From the NCBI GenBank assembly GCA_021613535.1, contig CP075492.1, positions 19,654,001-19,718,000 of the forward strand: a stretch of 64,000 bases of DNA, given 5' to 3'. Numbering within the stretch: the stretch's first letter is position 1; each line of letters begins with the position of its first letter. The notes below the pieces were generated by a model. It was not told the DNA's origin, ran no database searches, and saw only the letters and a list, made by a program, of their open reading frames with translations. The stretch comes from Adineta vaga (Eukaryota > Animalia > Rotifera). Both the position numbers and the translations under genes were made by a program. Positions 37,342-50,933 of this stretch are shown piece by piece.

Positions 37342-39520
37342 GGTAGCACGACAGTTGAGCCTGCGACAGTTGAGCCCCGACAGTTGAGCCTCGACAGTTG
37401 ACAGTTGAGCCCACCGACAGTTGAGCTCACGACTGTTGAGCCCACGACTGTTGAGCCCATCGATAGTTGAGCCTTTTATATATGATAAAAATGAAAAATT
37501 TTTATATTAGAAAAATTTATTTGAAAAATGTTAAAAATTAAATAAAGCTCTGGCTCTTTTGAAATATTCGGCCTGAGGATATACGTTATAATTAGCAACT
37601 AGATTTTGAAGACGTTCATCAATTTCTTCATATATAGCACGCCTAACAATTTTTGAAGTTCCAGCTTCAGCTTGTTCAGCAAATATAAGAGTAGCGTGTT
37701 GTTCAGTTTTTAGATCATGAATTGATTGATATATAGTCGGATGTTTACGACAAGAACTCTGCATTAAAATTAAATAAATAATTAATAGAGGATTTGATAG
37801 AAAAGTAAGATGTTACTTGCAGAGCATTGTGCCACCCCTCTTGCGGGTTATTGGTGCGTGGAAGTTGTGAATCAAGACGACCGAAGCAATTCCAGAATGA
37901 AATCGGAAATCGAGGTGAACGACGACGGTTATTGCGACCTTTGCGACCGATATAATTGTCCTCCAAGTAATCAATAAATTCTACGTATACAATAAAAAAG
38001 AAATAGTATTTTTATTGTTAAATATATTTGATACAAACCATTTATTGACTCTGGTGATTCTTCTGCAAGCTTTTCAAATTCTTGACTAGCACGTTCTTCT
38101 GGTACAAATGCTAGGCAAGCAAAATTTTTTAATTGATGCCTAACTTCACGATCATGGAGAAATAATTGTACTAAACCAATATCCTAACCGAAAAAAACAA
38201 GATTATTTGAATATAGAATTTAATTTAATTCATATTTCAGTCAAGTGAAACATACCCGAATTTTTCTCCATAGATTTTGCTTGAAATGGAAAAAACACGC
38301 ACTTGTTTTCGTTGATGGAAGTTTTTGTTTAATAACATTTATAACAGCACCTTCGAAGTCAATAGTTATTGACTTCGGATGTTTAGTAATATTTTTTAAT
38401 ATCACGTCCAAAAATTCTTTATAGATAGGTTCACCTTTACCAGGAAGATATGCATACAAGAACGGTAATGAACGACCGTGAAAATGACCATGAATTGAAT
38501 ATAGTTGATGAAAAAGTTTTGGTGCGATCTATGAAAAAGTTTACTTAATATAACACGCTGTTTAGCTATTCAAAAATTGTATTAAACTAACCTTAAAGGT
38601 CCCATCCATATGCCAATGATCTGAATCCTGGAGTCGACTTAAATCTTTACTCGAGGACAAAATAATAATTCTGTTATCATTTTTTCCATTATCATACAAC
38701 AAAAATTTATCACCGGTATTAGTTAATTTTAATTCTTCAGGAATAATGATATTTTCAAATGACAATGGTGTTGGTAATGGCATATCATTTTTCTTTCGTT
38801 TCCGTTGAACTGCACGTTGTGCTGTCCTGTAATTTTGTACGGCTGATGCATCACCTGGATGAACATCTAATAATGCCTCATGAATTATTTTTCTTGGTGG
38901 TTCATTTGATGTTTCAGCGCGTTTATCAATGGTTGATTTGAATTGTTTACATAGTAATTCATCTGGATTAGGTGCATGGTTGTGATCGGTCGAATGGATA
39001 AATTGATCATTTTTAGAAGATATTCGACCAGCACAGTTATTACGAACACATCGCCACTTATCTTGACTTGTATTAACTCTTCGATAGCAGAAACCATCAA
39101 ATAAAAGTTGATCTTTACCACGTGATGACTGTATAATCGACATACTTGAGGAAAAATATATGAAGAATAACTGTACGCGTTTGCTTTGTTCACATATATA
39201 TATGGTTTTTCGCTCAGTTACTAACTAATCAAATATCAAGAATTCTTTTTTATTCTTTACAAAAGAGTCGCTGGTATACGGAGTGAGGAAAACCGCTAAT
39301 AACTTATATATATCGTTACGTGATGTATTATCGAATTGTAGTGAGTAATGTACAAACAATTCATAACTTAGCTTGGTCAAAAAAAAATATATATAAGGCT
39401 CGACTGTCGGGGCTCAACTGTCGATGGGCTCAACAGTCGTGAGCTGAACTGTCGGTGGGCTCAACTGTCGAGGCTCAACTGTCGGGGCTCAACTGTCGCA
39501 GGCTCAACTGTCGGTGAGTC
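37342..39520 (-). mobile_element. Mutator-like (MULE) transposon
   Basis: 9-bp TSD caacatatt at 37333-37341 and 39521-39529; TIRs built of tandem cgacagttgagcc units. Confidence 0.9.
37531..39143 (-). CDS. FLYWCH-MULE transposase, 5 exons, apparently intact
   Basis: FLYWCH (LLFDGFCY...WRC...C...HNH), WHMDGTFK|IAP, ITIDFE, ACFFHFKQNLWRKIR and RTNNPQEGWHN. All four GT-AG junctions are in phase and I saw no stop. Confidence 0.85.
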
Positions 39521-40730
39521 CAACATATTCCATAAATTTCACTAATTACAACTCAAAAGAAAAAAAGTAGGACTCAAAGGGTTAAAGCTGTGGATTTCCT
39601 TGAAGAATAGTAAACGTTCTTAAACAACCTTTACAACGAGCTTGTGTAAGATCACATTTTATTTCCCGTATTCAAAATTAAAATTCTTTAAATGATGTCT
39701 ATTCGGTTTTAAAAACATGTAAGTAAAGTTATCACCATACTCGAGTATTTCTTGTCCGGATTCGCCTGAGAACTTGTGTTATGTCTAAAGGTGGTTGTGT
39801 TAGATTCAGAATTTAATTCTCTATCGAATTATATAGTTTTCGAAAGGTCATGAAAGATGACAAATATAGGACATTTTATGGCAGTAGTGTTCCTTGTATC
39901 GAAATTTTATCTCGTAAAAATAAATAACAATTTGATGATTTATATGTAGGATTAAAGCCCTGATCAAGGACTATCGAAATCGCTATTCAGAAGTTATTTT
40001 ATCATTTATCTTGCCCAGAGAATAGAACTCACAATAAAACTCAAAATCTTCAGCTAATGATCCAAAACTTAGGGCTCTTGTTCGTAGCTTTTATTATCGA
40101 AAACTGAGTCAAAACCCCAACCATCTCATACCAAAATGTTCGTCTTAAAGAGCTCTCTCTAATGGTATGAATTTCATAGGGAGATAATAGAAAAAATACC
40201 AATGGGTCGATTCGAATTCTTATACGTCCCCGTCCTTTCGATGGAAAATGATTCATTGATAATTATTATTGTCGTAATTTCGACATATTCAGAAATTCCC
40301 TCTTCCCATGATAAGAATTACATGCTTATACAGATATTTACGCAAAACTATGAAGAATAAGTATTTTATAAAGAAAAACTAGTCTATAATAATGTACTTG
40401 TTCTTCATCAAGAACAAGATGACCTTTTCTTCAAATGAATAAGACGTAAATATTCACATTCATCTGATCATCAGAAAATATAGAGCATAAAAAAGCAATA
40501 ATTAAGATTTGATCAAAACTTTGTACAGGTGAAAAAGAAGGAGAAAATTGTCAACATATTGCGTTTACCTGAAGCAATTTTCTCAATTTTTGTTTTTCGA
40601 ATGGCAGAATAAGGTAAATGTTTTTTCTTCTGTTCTTATTTCATTTATATTGACGACTCGATTTGCATACATTTAATAAGTAAAATAACTGAACGATGTC
40701 GTCTGAATCCACCATTGTCGTTAATGATAT

Positions 40731-41822
40731 TCATTTGATATTGAATTTATTAAATACATTTTGGAATTGTTCGTCAATGAATTTGATAGGATATTTATTT
40801 ATAAGTAGATGCATACGTAAACGACTTCTTTCTTTCGAATAAGCGTCATATGTTGAAGAATATCGGATCGCACGTATAAACATAGCGAAAGGAATATTCT
40901 TTTTCATATGTAATGGATGTATACTATTGAACGGTAAATAATATGGTTCATAGGATGGTTTATGATAGACTTGTGTAAATAATTGACCATTTTGGTTTTC
41001 AATAGATAAATCGAGAAAATTAATTTGATGACCAATAGTTGGAATTAAATTGATATTTTCGTCGAATGTATTCCATCGATTGATTTGTTTTTGAAAATGT
41101 TGTAAAGGCCAATTAATTATAATAAATATATCATCAATATATCGGAAGTAGAGACCACCACTATTTGTAATTTGTCTGATAATATTTTGTTCAAAAAAGA
41201 ACATATAACAATTAGCAATAGTGAGAGTTAATGGAGAACCCATAGCTCCGCCTCGGATTTGATGATAAAATTGATTATTGTAAGAAAAATAATTATTTTT
41301 CATCACAAATCTTGCAAGACGAATAATTGCCTCTACCTTTAAATTTTTAATTTGTTTTAATTGATGATAATCTAACATTTGTTTTAATGTTAATACACCT
41401 TCTATTTGTGGAATCATTGTATAAAGATCTGTAACATCGATTGTTGATAATAAACTTTCTTTGTTTAATTTAGTTATTGACCATTTTTGTAAATGTTTAA
41501 TTAATTCAAAACTAGATGTAACTGTTGTTTTTGAAGCCATTTGATCAAATAGTGGTCGTAATAAATTATCGAGAAACTTCGATATCTTCAATGTTGGATG
41601 TTTAAGACCAGAAATGATTGGACGTAAAGGTGTATTAGGTTTATGTGTTTTTGGAAGATAATAGAGATGAGCTAATTCAACTTCATCTGATTTTACACAT
41701 AATTCTTCATATTGTTTTTGTGTAATCCATTTAGTTAATCGAAGATCTAACAAATATTGATTTGTCCGTTGAACGAGATCAGGTAAAGGATCAGTTGAAC
41801 CAAGACATTGATATGCTTTCAA
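40731..41822 (-). mobile_element. Penelope-like element reverse transcriptase fragment (5'- and 3'-truncated)
   Basis: LYYLPKTHK, LRPIIS, DVTDLYTMIP, QIRGGAMGSP, YFRYIDD, INFLDL and VYHKPSYEPYYLPF are PLE RT motifs; no GIY-YIG endonuclease seen. Confidence 0.85.
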
Positions 41823-42092
41823 TCATTTATTTATTACAATCAGAATATGTTTTTCTTTATTTCTTTTAAATATCATTCATATATTATTGATCTAACATTT
41901 GTTATTCATTTCATTCTTTTCTACTTCCATTTCTTCTTATTTTTATTTATTTATTAGGTTTGCATTCATTCTATTATTCAAGCTTAGTTACTTTCTTTCT
42001 TTCTTTCTTTCTTTCATTCATTTCATTCATTTTTTTCATTACAATTATCTATATATTTTTCCTTAGTATCTTTTTGTGTTTAAATATGTAGA

Positions 42093-42146
42093 GCCCTGAG
42101 GAGTGTTTATTTATTTTCTAAATAAAAGAACACGAAACGCGTCGGC
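42093..42146 (+). ncRNA. Type I hammerhead ribozyme (PLE pLTR type)
   Basis: gcc-CTGAGGA-gtgtt...aacac-GAA-acgcgt-C-ggc: conserved core, stem II, palindromic stem III, GUC cleavage triplet. Confidence 0.8.
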
Positions 42147-43080
42147 AAAGTGAAACTCTACATTATTTTATTAATATAAACACATTAACAATATTTTTCC
42201 AGTTATTAAATTTATATTATTATTATCTATTCGACAAATATCGATTGCTGAAAAGCAAAAGTTGAAATCTAGCAGATTGAATTTGTTTTTCTTTGATTAA
42301 AAATAGGTCAATCTGTTTTTCAAGCGAATTTAACATACTATATATAACTCAGCTAACGGTTTAAAATGATATCATAGAAAGTAACGTTCCTATCCACAAG
42401 CTCCTATTTAGATCTGCCATTTTTAGTGGACGAGTAGCTAATCGTAATTTGGATTTCATGAGTGCTAATTTGAATAGACAGATGTGAATTTATTCTGCTT
42501 AAGACGAAATTGGTTTTATTGAATTGTAAGCGAGTCGCGAAACATATGTACATAGCATAGATAAATCACACATTCATTTGCCGTGATTAATTATATGAAA
42601 CAACGATTTTAGTCTACTTACCATTCTATTGTAGAAAATCAGCTTGAGAACTCTTTATTTAGTCAATTTTGACGATGAAAAGTGTCTAGTTATAATAACT
42701 GATTATATTTTCATCTATGTATATGGTTATAATAAATTTTATTTTTGAAAATTTGCACAGAATACACAGTAAGAATTAGAAAAATAACACCAGTAATTGC
42801 TAGAATAAATTATGTAATGTTGAATCGAACTAAGAGGAAATGAATAAAATATTGTATACAAATCTATTTTTAAACGAATGTATTCGTGATAACGAAGGAA
42901 TGTCAATACGAAAGTAATTGATTGCACAAATAAATATTAAGTATTGCAACATATAACTAGCAATTATATACATAGTTCCGTACGTAGGATATCGATCATA
43001 TGAATATTAATTTGATATGCATAAGTAAATAGGTTATTACATACATCATAATACAAAAATCATTTGATAAATAACACTTA

Positions 43081-46000
43081 TTAAATGAAAATAAACAAAA
43101 TGAATATACACGAATAAATAAAAAAATGAATAAATAGTAAAAGATGTTGACGAATATGTAGTAATGATGATCGTAATTTATCTTTTAAAAACACTGTGTA
43201 ACCAAGATTTTCTGGATTGAGTCGAGCTCGTTCCTTCCGTCCAACATAAGCTGAAGCACTGAAAGCCGATTCTGACGGTACACATGTACCGGGAGCTGAA
43301 AGATATTGTTGAGCCATAGCTTTTAATAATGGCATTTGTTCTCCATGACTTCACCAAAATGCAACCGGATCTTGTGGTTGTCCAATTTTGCATAAATACC
43401 CATAGTTAGCCAGTTCTTCTGAAATTGTTTTTGGAATTAAATTTTCGGATGGTAAATTTTTACCGACAGATTTTAAAAATATTTCCAAAAGGGTTGGTTT
43501 TTGATTAGATCGATTTTTATTAGTTGATGTTGATGTTGATGAGGATGCGGATATGTATGATGATGTTGTCCTTGTTGATGCTTGAGATTTATTTTGTTCC
43601 TTACACTTCTGTTTCAAATATCACTCGACTTTTGTTCTTTCTCTTGATGACAATACAGAATAACCAAATGGATCAAAATATGCATATAACTAGAGAGAAG
43701 AAAACAAATATGACAGTAACATATCTCAATTTACTGGAATATATCATTATAATTTAACACGACAACCGTTTCAGAAAATAATCAATTAAAAGAAATAGAA
43801 CGATCGAAATTAATCCTTATCTAACGAAAATATTTCTAAGTCGATCTATTTTTTGTATGCGATAATAACCTCGAGTCTTGCTGAGTTGTTTATTCTCTTA
43901 GATTACATGATAGGTTATTAGGTAACTTCTGAATTATGTCATTATTTGAATATTATATGCCCTGATTATATCCAATACTCAAAGTAGTGTAAATTTAATA
44001 GTCTATAAAGTTTATTTACTTAAACGACCTTTTCCAAGTTATTTTCTCTTTCTGACATTCTTATTTAGATATTACCTTCGGAATGAATGGAAGCTTTCAA
44101 AGGAATATAAAAAACGAACATTACTTACTATTTTGTTTGTCACATAGAGTTAACTTACCGTTAAAAGAAAATATTGATCATTATTTTCGTCGAAATAATC
44201 ATTGAATGATTCAAGAACGAATTGTTTTAAAGTAATTAAAATTTTTGATTCATCGTCGTCTTCTTTTTCGAGAAATTCTGTCATATTACGCATAACATAA
44301 AGACATAAACCAATAGTTGGATATTTAGAGCCACTAAGTAAATTTGTAGCATCATAAAATGGTTGGAAAATCTTAGTTAATTCATTGAATATAATATAAT
44401 CATCACTTGATAACTCCAATAGTCCCAACTTTTCCTTTTGTTTCGAAGTAAGTGGTAATTTTCCTTTGTTTTCAAATAAACTATTTAAAATAGGTTTATG
44501 TTTCAGAAAAGATTTTAATGCCAAAAAGGTTGAGTTCCAACGACTCACACAATTAATTCTTAACTGACGTTTCACTTTGTAACGTTTCTTTTCATCGTTA
44601 ATAAACATCATTATAATTTGTGATCGTTTAATCATTTTAATTAATGAACGACCTTTTTGAATTGTTTTAGCTAATTCGATTTTAGTTGAAATAATATCTT
44701 CTTCTTCATCTCCATCCATATCAGTGCTATCACCAGTAATCACTTCATTAGTCCATGTGTCAACAATTAAATCCTGATTTTCTTCGTCGCTGTCGTCGTC
44801 ATCATCGTCATCATCATTCACATTTGAATTGGCTAGAAATAGAAACGTTTGAATATCAGTCGAAGAATGATTTACAATCAAATCTTATTAGAAGAAGTTC
44901 TCGGTAACGTTACATTTCAGGTAAATGTTTTAATTCTTGTTGAACCTGATTTCTGTGAGGCGGTATATAGCCTAAACAAAAAATGAATAAGTTTTGATCT
45001 GCTTTTAATTAGTATGTCCTAATAATTATTAAAAATCTCGAATATTAGATGTAAAAACAAAATTATTAATAACAGCTATCTTTTGAACATTAAGGATCTT
45101 TTATTCAAAAATCGATTGGAATATGTTTTAAAAGCAATTTTATTCAAAATAAAATTGTCTCTTAACAATAGAAATATTAAGATAACTTTCCAAAGAACAG
45201 AAAGGTATGAAATACACAACATTGTCTTTATATAATAAACATTCTAATAAGAAAAATTTATTTTTTAAATATTGTAAATATCAGTAAGTCTGGAGAAAAG
45301 GTTACCTGGTATTGCTTCAGCTAAGAATTTCGCCATGCCGCTTCTTCGTAAATCACCAAACGTTCGCCCATCTTCGAAAACAGCAATATTTGCCAAATGA
45401 TCAAGCCGATATTTTTTTTGACGAGAAATTTTATTACTGGTTTTGATACGTGCACTTGATGGTAATTGCAGATGAATTAAATTGTGTTTAGTTACCAAAT
45501 GTTTTCGTAATGTTGACGTACCACCATGTGGAGTTTTAATGATCGTTTTGATAGTTTAGCATTCCGTACATCGAGCTGCTTCCTTTGAAATCTTTTTCGC
45601 AAAACTCCATACATTAGATTTAAGTTTTTTCCCTTCACCTACATTAATCAATGTAGTAATACCACCTTCTGAAACTAATGCGTTAATATCACTTAAATTT
45701 GAATCTTCGTTTATTTCTTCGGATGATGCATGAGTTACACACCCACCTATAGTTTGTTCTTCATCGAAATTATCATCAAACGAAGGAAGAACTTCGGTAG
45801 TAGTAGCAGCAGTTGTAACACTTCGTGATGGAAGAGAATTTCGAGAACGAGTCATTTAATTATTGCACAATGATATGAATATCGAGAAGTTATCACTAAA
45901 AATAAAAACAAATGATTCCTGTTCAAATGTTTTATTTTTATCGAAGAAAAAGCAAAATCAATAGACTAGTCATTTATATCGATTAAGAACTGTCTACTTT

Positions 46001-47161
46001 CAATCATAATAACATTTTATATTGAAATACTCGGCGTTTATACCCTTTTTAAGTAATAGAACATAATTTTTATAGTAGAAGATCTATATGTTTTAGTTTT
46101 AGCGAATGCATTGATGAAATGACATGTCAACGGTTTTTTTCCTATTCTGTTCTACATATATGACATATATATGTCATATATTCAATGAATACCTTTTACA
46201 CCAATCAGAAATTTTGAAGAGGACGCTACTATCCATTACTTATTTTAAATAAGTGTAATGCAAAATATCAATGTTCAAAGTTTCGAATATTTTCCAATAA
46301 AATACCTTTCAATCAGATGATATTTAAATACGCATTTTATAATTGAAAATAACTTTTAAAAGAAAGTATCTTACACGATTCTTATATGTTTTCAAACCAG
46401 ATACATAATCAGGTTCTAATGAAACTATAACTACAGTGTACAACAGAATCAGGAAAAAAAGAAATACTTTAGTATAGATTATATCTACTCTTTTTTTCGA
46501 AATCCAAATAAACCTATAACTTCAACACAGTTTTAGAGTATATTAAAGATCAATTGTCAATTGCTGGAATTATTTCACGATAAAAAAGGAACAACATAGT
46601 CAATACTATCATTTCATCTACCGATAAAAATCATTTTCTTCTTATATTCATGAAACAATAGAGAAGTAAAACAAATATTAACGAAACTAGTATTTACCTA
46701 TACTTTATAAGATAACAATATTGGAAAACTCTTTACACTTCTTTTCAGATGTGTTTCAATTTCAAACAATCATAGTTATCATTAAGAATTGATATTCAAC
46801 GTTTAGTTTCGTATAAGTTTTAATTAATATTGAGTTAGCCAGAAAAAGATTTTCATGAATTCTACCTGAATCAGATTATAATTCTGTCTGAATTGTAAAG
46901 ACACACTGATCCAATACTACTATTGATCTGTTTCAGCTATAACATACAATTCCATAGAGATTTTAGTAATTTCGAGTCAATTCTATACGAAATGCCACCA
47001 ATTTTATTGAAATTTTGATTATTTTGAGTCAATTCCAGTCAATTCTAGGCCAATTCCGACCAATCCCAACCCCAATTCTTTTCAATTCCATTCAATTCCA
47101 ATTCCGATTCTTTTCAATTCCGACCAATTCCAGTTTTAGAACTGGAATTGGTGCATGCCTA
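43081..47161 (-). mobile_element. Degenerate hAT (BED-finger) transposon; one terminus visible
   Basis: BED finger (KSNVWSFA...ARCTEC*...GTSTLRKHLVTKH), CVSRWNSTF and hATC (YLSAPGTCVPSESAFS), with stops, a frameshift and an apparent internal deletion. Terminus reads TAGGCATGCACC on the minus strand from 47161, with subterminal caattc repeats at ~46970-47150. Confidence 0.75.
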
Positions 47162-47752
47162 AGACAAGGCTTTTAACTGGTAACACTTCTCGATCAAGAT
47201 CATTTGTTATTGATGACTTTAATAATGATAATCATATGGATATTAGCCAATTCAGGCACTGATAATATTGGTGTGTTTCTTGGATACGGTAATTTTTCTT
47301 TTACAAATCAGACGACATATTCAACTGATCTAAATTCATCTTCATGTTCTGTCGCAACTGGTCATTTCAATAATGACACTCGATCAGATGTGGTTACTGC
47401 TAATTTTAACTCTGATAGTATTGCTGTTTTTCTTGTATATGATAACGGTTCATATAGAAATCAAATAACATATTTGACTGGTTCATCTTCATCTCCTTAT
47501 TCTGTAGCTGTTGGATATTTTAATAATAATAATAATCTGGATATTATTGTTGCTAATTATAATAATAACAAAGTTGGAGTTTTTCTTGGACATGGTGATG
47601 GAATATTTGATGTTATTCTGTTTTATTTGATGTCATATGGGTCTCATCCATCTTCTCTTGTTGTCGCTAGTTTTAGTCGTGATGGAAAAATGGACTTTGG
47701 TGTGATAAATAATGGTACTGACAGTTTAAGCATTTACTTAAAAACTTGTTAG
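47162..47752 (+). pseudogene. C-terminal fragment of an FG-GAP/VCBS-repeat protein
   Basis: Repeats DFNNDNHMDI, HFNNDTRSDVVTAN and YFNNNNNLDIIVAN...VGVFLGHGDG; frameshift near 47240; 5' part cut at the hAT terminus. Confidence 0.7.
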
Positions 47753-48477
47753 TTGTATTTTTTTATTTATCATTTGTTAACTTAAAGACAATATTCATTA
47801 AAACTATATTTAGTTTTCTAACATATTATGAAACATCTGTTCATCAATTTCTATTCTTTTTTTTTGAAGTATTTATCGAGAAGATTTTGCTTTTACATTT
47901 ATAAAAAAAACGTTTTTCTAATATTGTAATATATTGAAAATTGAGATAAGAAATATAACGTTGCTATTGATAAATGAAGTGAATATAGAATTAAAATGCA
48001 GACAACACAAAAAATGCCATAGCTTCATTATATTTTAGAACAACAGCTTCAAAATAAGACATGGACACGTATATTTGATAAAACTGATTAATCGTCACAG
48101 TCAGATTACAGGAGGAGAGTGCATTATTATCTTTTAACAACAATTTCTCTAAATATCTTCCAAAAAAGTTTAGAAAGTTACATTAGTTTTGCATTTTTTT
48201 CGAACTTACTTAATTTTTTTCGGGGCGGCAAACTCAATCTCCGGGAAGGCAATGCCATCACTAGGTGTAGGACTAGAGAAAATAGCATGCAAATTATATC
48301 GTTCGATAGAACAGTCGATACTCTATTCTACTGTGTTAACATAAAAAATTTCCAATGTTCTACTTTAATACAGTAAACTACACAAAACTATTAAAAATAA
48401 CGTAATCATGTTGTATGTTAATTCTTCGAGGATTGTTAGTTAGGATTTTACTCTACTCATAAACAAAACAAAGTATA

Positions 48478-48755
48478 TCATTAGATGCAGCGTGCAAAGC
48501 TCTACAATCTACAAATTAAAATTTAATTGCATTTTATCCTCTTTTTGTTTTCGAAAAAACAGCGACACTCTTTGCGACCAACTTTCGTCGTTGTGAATTG
48601 TACAGAATTTGGAGGTTTTCGAACATAAAAAAAGAATTCGTCGCTTGTGTAAATCAATGATTTTGTCAGAATGGCGAAAATTGGTCGCAAGGAGTATACA
48701 ATGCAATTAAGCTTTAGTTCGTAGATTGTAGAACTTTTCACGCTGCATCTAATGA
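48478..48755. mobile_element. MITE-like element with ~55-bp imperfect TIRs
   Basis: tcattagatgcagcgtg...aattgcatt (48478-48532) is inverted at 48700-48755; no clear TSD. Confidence 0.6.
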
Positions 48756-49988
48756 AGATTGTTAATAACAGTACAAATATCTACGTTTTGTAGAGAATTT
48801 AACGAGGAATCTGTAGCTAAAAAAGGTTTTCTTTGACACCAAAATATGAATGAAATAAATGAAAAATACGAACAGTCGCATACATTTTGACTCACCTGAT
48901 AGATGTGAGACAGGGTAAAAACGTGTCTTTCTTTCTTTCGTTTTTTTCTTCCTTCAAACTGAGTAAGGGCATCTTTGATTTCTTCTAAAGAGGTGCTTTT
49001 TTTTATATTCTTTCTAACTTTTACCTCTCTCGGTCTATTCTAATATTCTTTAAGAGTATGTTAGTACATTTTTACGTCGTTTGAAAAAAAAAGTGGTTGT
49101 ACTTTATTTCTATGGCTTTTTTCCTAGTAAGCAATGCTAGAAAAAGGATCAGTTTTTCTTATTTCGACTCAAATGGAGAAAGGTGATTAAACTAAAAGTG
49201 CAGTAGTAGCCTCAGGTTGTAAGATAACTGTTTTTTCATTTTCTTTTTCATCGTATCTGCGTACGCACGAGAAAAAATAAGAAACAGCAAAATGTTACTT
49301 TAACATCCAGTAGTGAGTTTTCAAAAAAAAAGACGAGTAAGTTAAACAGAACTAGTTTAACAAAAACCATCATTAATTTAATGGTCTTTTGACTAGTGCG
49401 CATATGTGGAGCTGATTTTTCCGTTCATATTTCACCAACTAATATCGAGTTCTATCTTAAGACTTACACAGTCCAGAAATGATGTCTAACCAAGTGTCAG
49501 CATCTTTGGACACTAAATTTAGTATTCAACGATGCACTATTACATAATCTGTCACCGATAAATAATTCTGGAAACTTTAAGTGTTAAGAAGAAATCTGTG
49601 TGTGAAGTCCTTTGGTGAATCGTCAAACTTTGGAACTGTGGGTTAGTTTCTGCGTCTATGTCCAGCTTTTTGAGGTCTTGTTGGTATTCCAAGTTTTCTA
49701 GGATTTTCGAACTCTTCTGGTCCTCTCCTTTCCTTGGTTTCTTCTACTTTTCGAGATTTTCTACTATTTTACGTTACTCGATTTTTATAGTTTTTTGAGT
49801 GCTAGGAGCTTCTTGATTTTCCGGATTTTTCGAAGTATTTTTTCATTTTCAATTTCTTATCTTTGACTTGTGTTCTTTAGTTGAACTTCAATATCAGAAT
49901 TTTTGTTCATCATTAATACATAAACGATTAGCAGCAATATTCGAGTACACTTCATTTATTCGTGAAGAAATCATCAAAAAACAGACAG

Positions 49989-50933
49989 ATGGACCAAAAC
50001 AAAATAGAACTTTCTCAGGTAGCACCTGAATTGCGATCCTCTGTACGTAATATGCCGTCCGTACTAATAAGTACTGCTTGGGGACGTTGGATTGTCCGAA
50101 ACATTCCAAAGCTAATTTTTCGTGAGAAACAGTATGAAAATGTACGTATCGAAAACAGAACAACTGACGAAGGCGTGGTGATACGCATTTATACACCCAA
50201 CAACAGTCTCACAGGTGCTGCTTTGCTATGGATACATGGTGGTGGAATGGTTATGGGTGATGTTGCAATGGACGATTTATTTTGCACTACCACTGCATAT
50301 GAGCTTGCCATTGTCATTGTCTCGGTAAATTATCGTCTTGCGCCAGAATTTCCATTTCCGGCTCCGGTGGATGATTGCTACGCTGCATGGAACTGGCTTC
50401 AAAAATCAGCCCAACAGTTACAAATAGATCTCACAAGGGTTGCAGTTGGTGGACAAAGTTCAGGGGGTGGACTTGCTGCCAGTCTTGTACAACGCATTCA
50501 TGATACAGGAGCCGTTCAACCTATCGCGCAATGGCTTTTCTGTCCTATGCTCGATGATCGAACAGCTGCGCAGCTTGAATTAGATAACATTCAGCATCTA
50601 ATCTGGAATAATTGGCTTAACCGCATCGGTTGGCAAGCTTTTCTTGGAACTGAACCAGGAGCCACAGACGTGTCTGATTATGCTGTGCCAGCTCGTCGTA
50701 AAAATTTTGGTGGTTTACCACCAACATGGATTGGCATTGGAGATATTGATCTTTTCTTCGACGAAGATAAGGCATACGCTGATAAACTAAAATCAGCAGG
50801 CGTAGATTGTACATTAGAAATTGTGCCAGGTGCATTCCATGGTTTCGAAAGATTAGCCAATGATACGAAATTAGCTCAAGATTATTTATCACGTAGTCGT
50901 GACTGGCTACGAAATAAGCTTACGTTAGCGTGA
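49989..50933 (+). CDS. HSL-family alpha/beta hydrolase (esterase/lipase), intronless
   Basis: WIHGGG oxyanion motif, VNYRLAPE, GQSSGG nucleophile elbow, GDIDLF and GAFHGF. Probable ATG at 49989. Confidence 0.9.
   Translation: MDQNKIELSQVAPELRSSVRNMPSVLISTAWGRWIVRNIPKLIFREKQYENVRIENRTTDEGVVIRIYTPNNSLTGAALLWIHGGGMVMGDVAMDDLFCTTTAYELAIVIVSVNYRLAPEFPFPAPVDDCYAAWNWLQKSAQQLQIDLTRVAVGGQSSGGGLAASLVQRIHDTGAVQPIAQWLFCPMLDDRTAAQLELDNIQHLIWNNWLNRIGWQAFLGTEPGATDVSDYAVPARRKNFGGLPPTWIGIGDIDLFFDEDKAYADKLKSAGVDCTLEIVPGAFHGFERLANDTKLAQDYLSRSRDWLRNKLTLA

Larger units (their letters stand above)
36716..39581. mobile_element. piggyBac-type non-autonomous element (host of the nested MULE)
   Basis: TTAA on both sides (36712-36715, 39582-39585); termini cgctttgagtc and gactcaaaggg match at 10 of 11 positions. 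Confidence 0.65.

Noticed and set aside
49989-50933. Bacterial contamination as the source of the microbial-looking genes
   Set aside because: They are embedded in AT-rich DNA among intron-containing genes and eukaryotic TEs, with no operon context.
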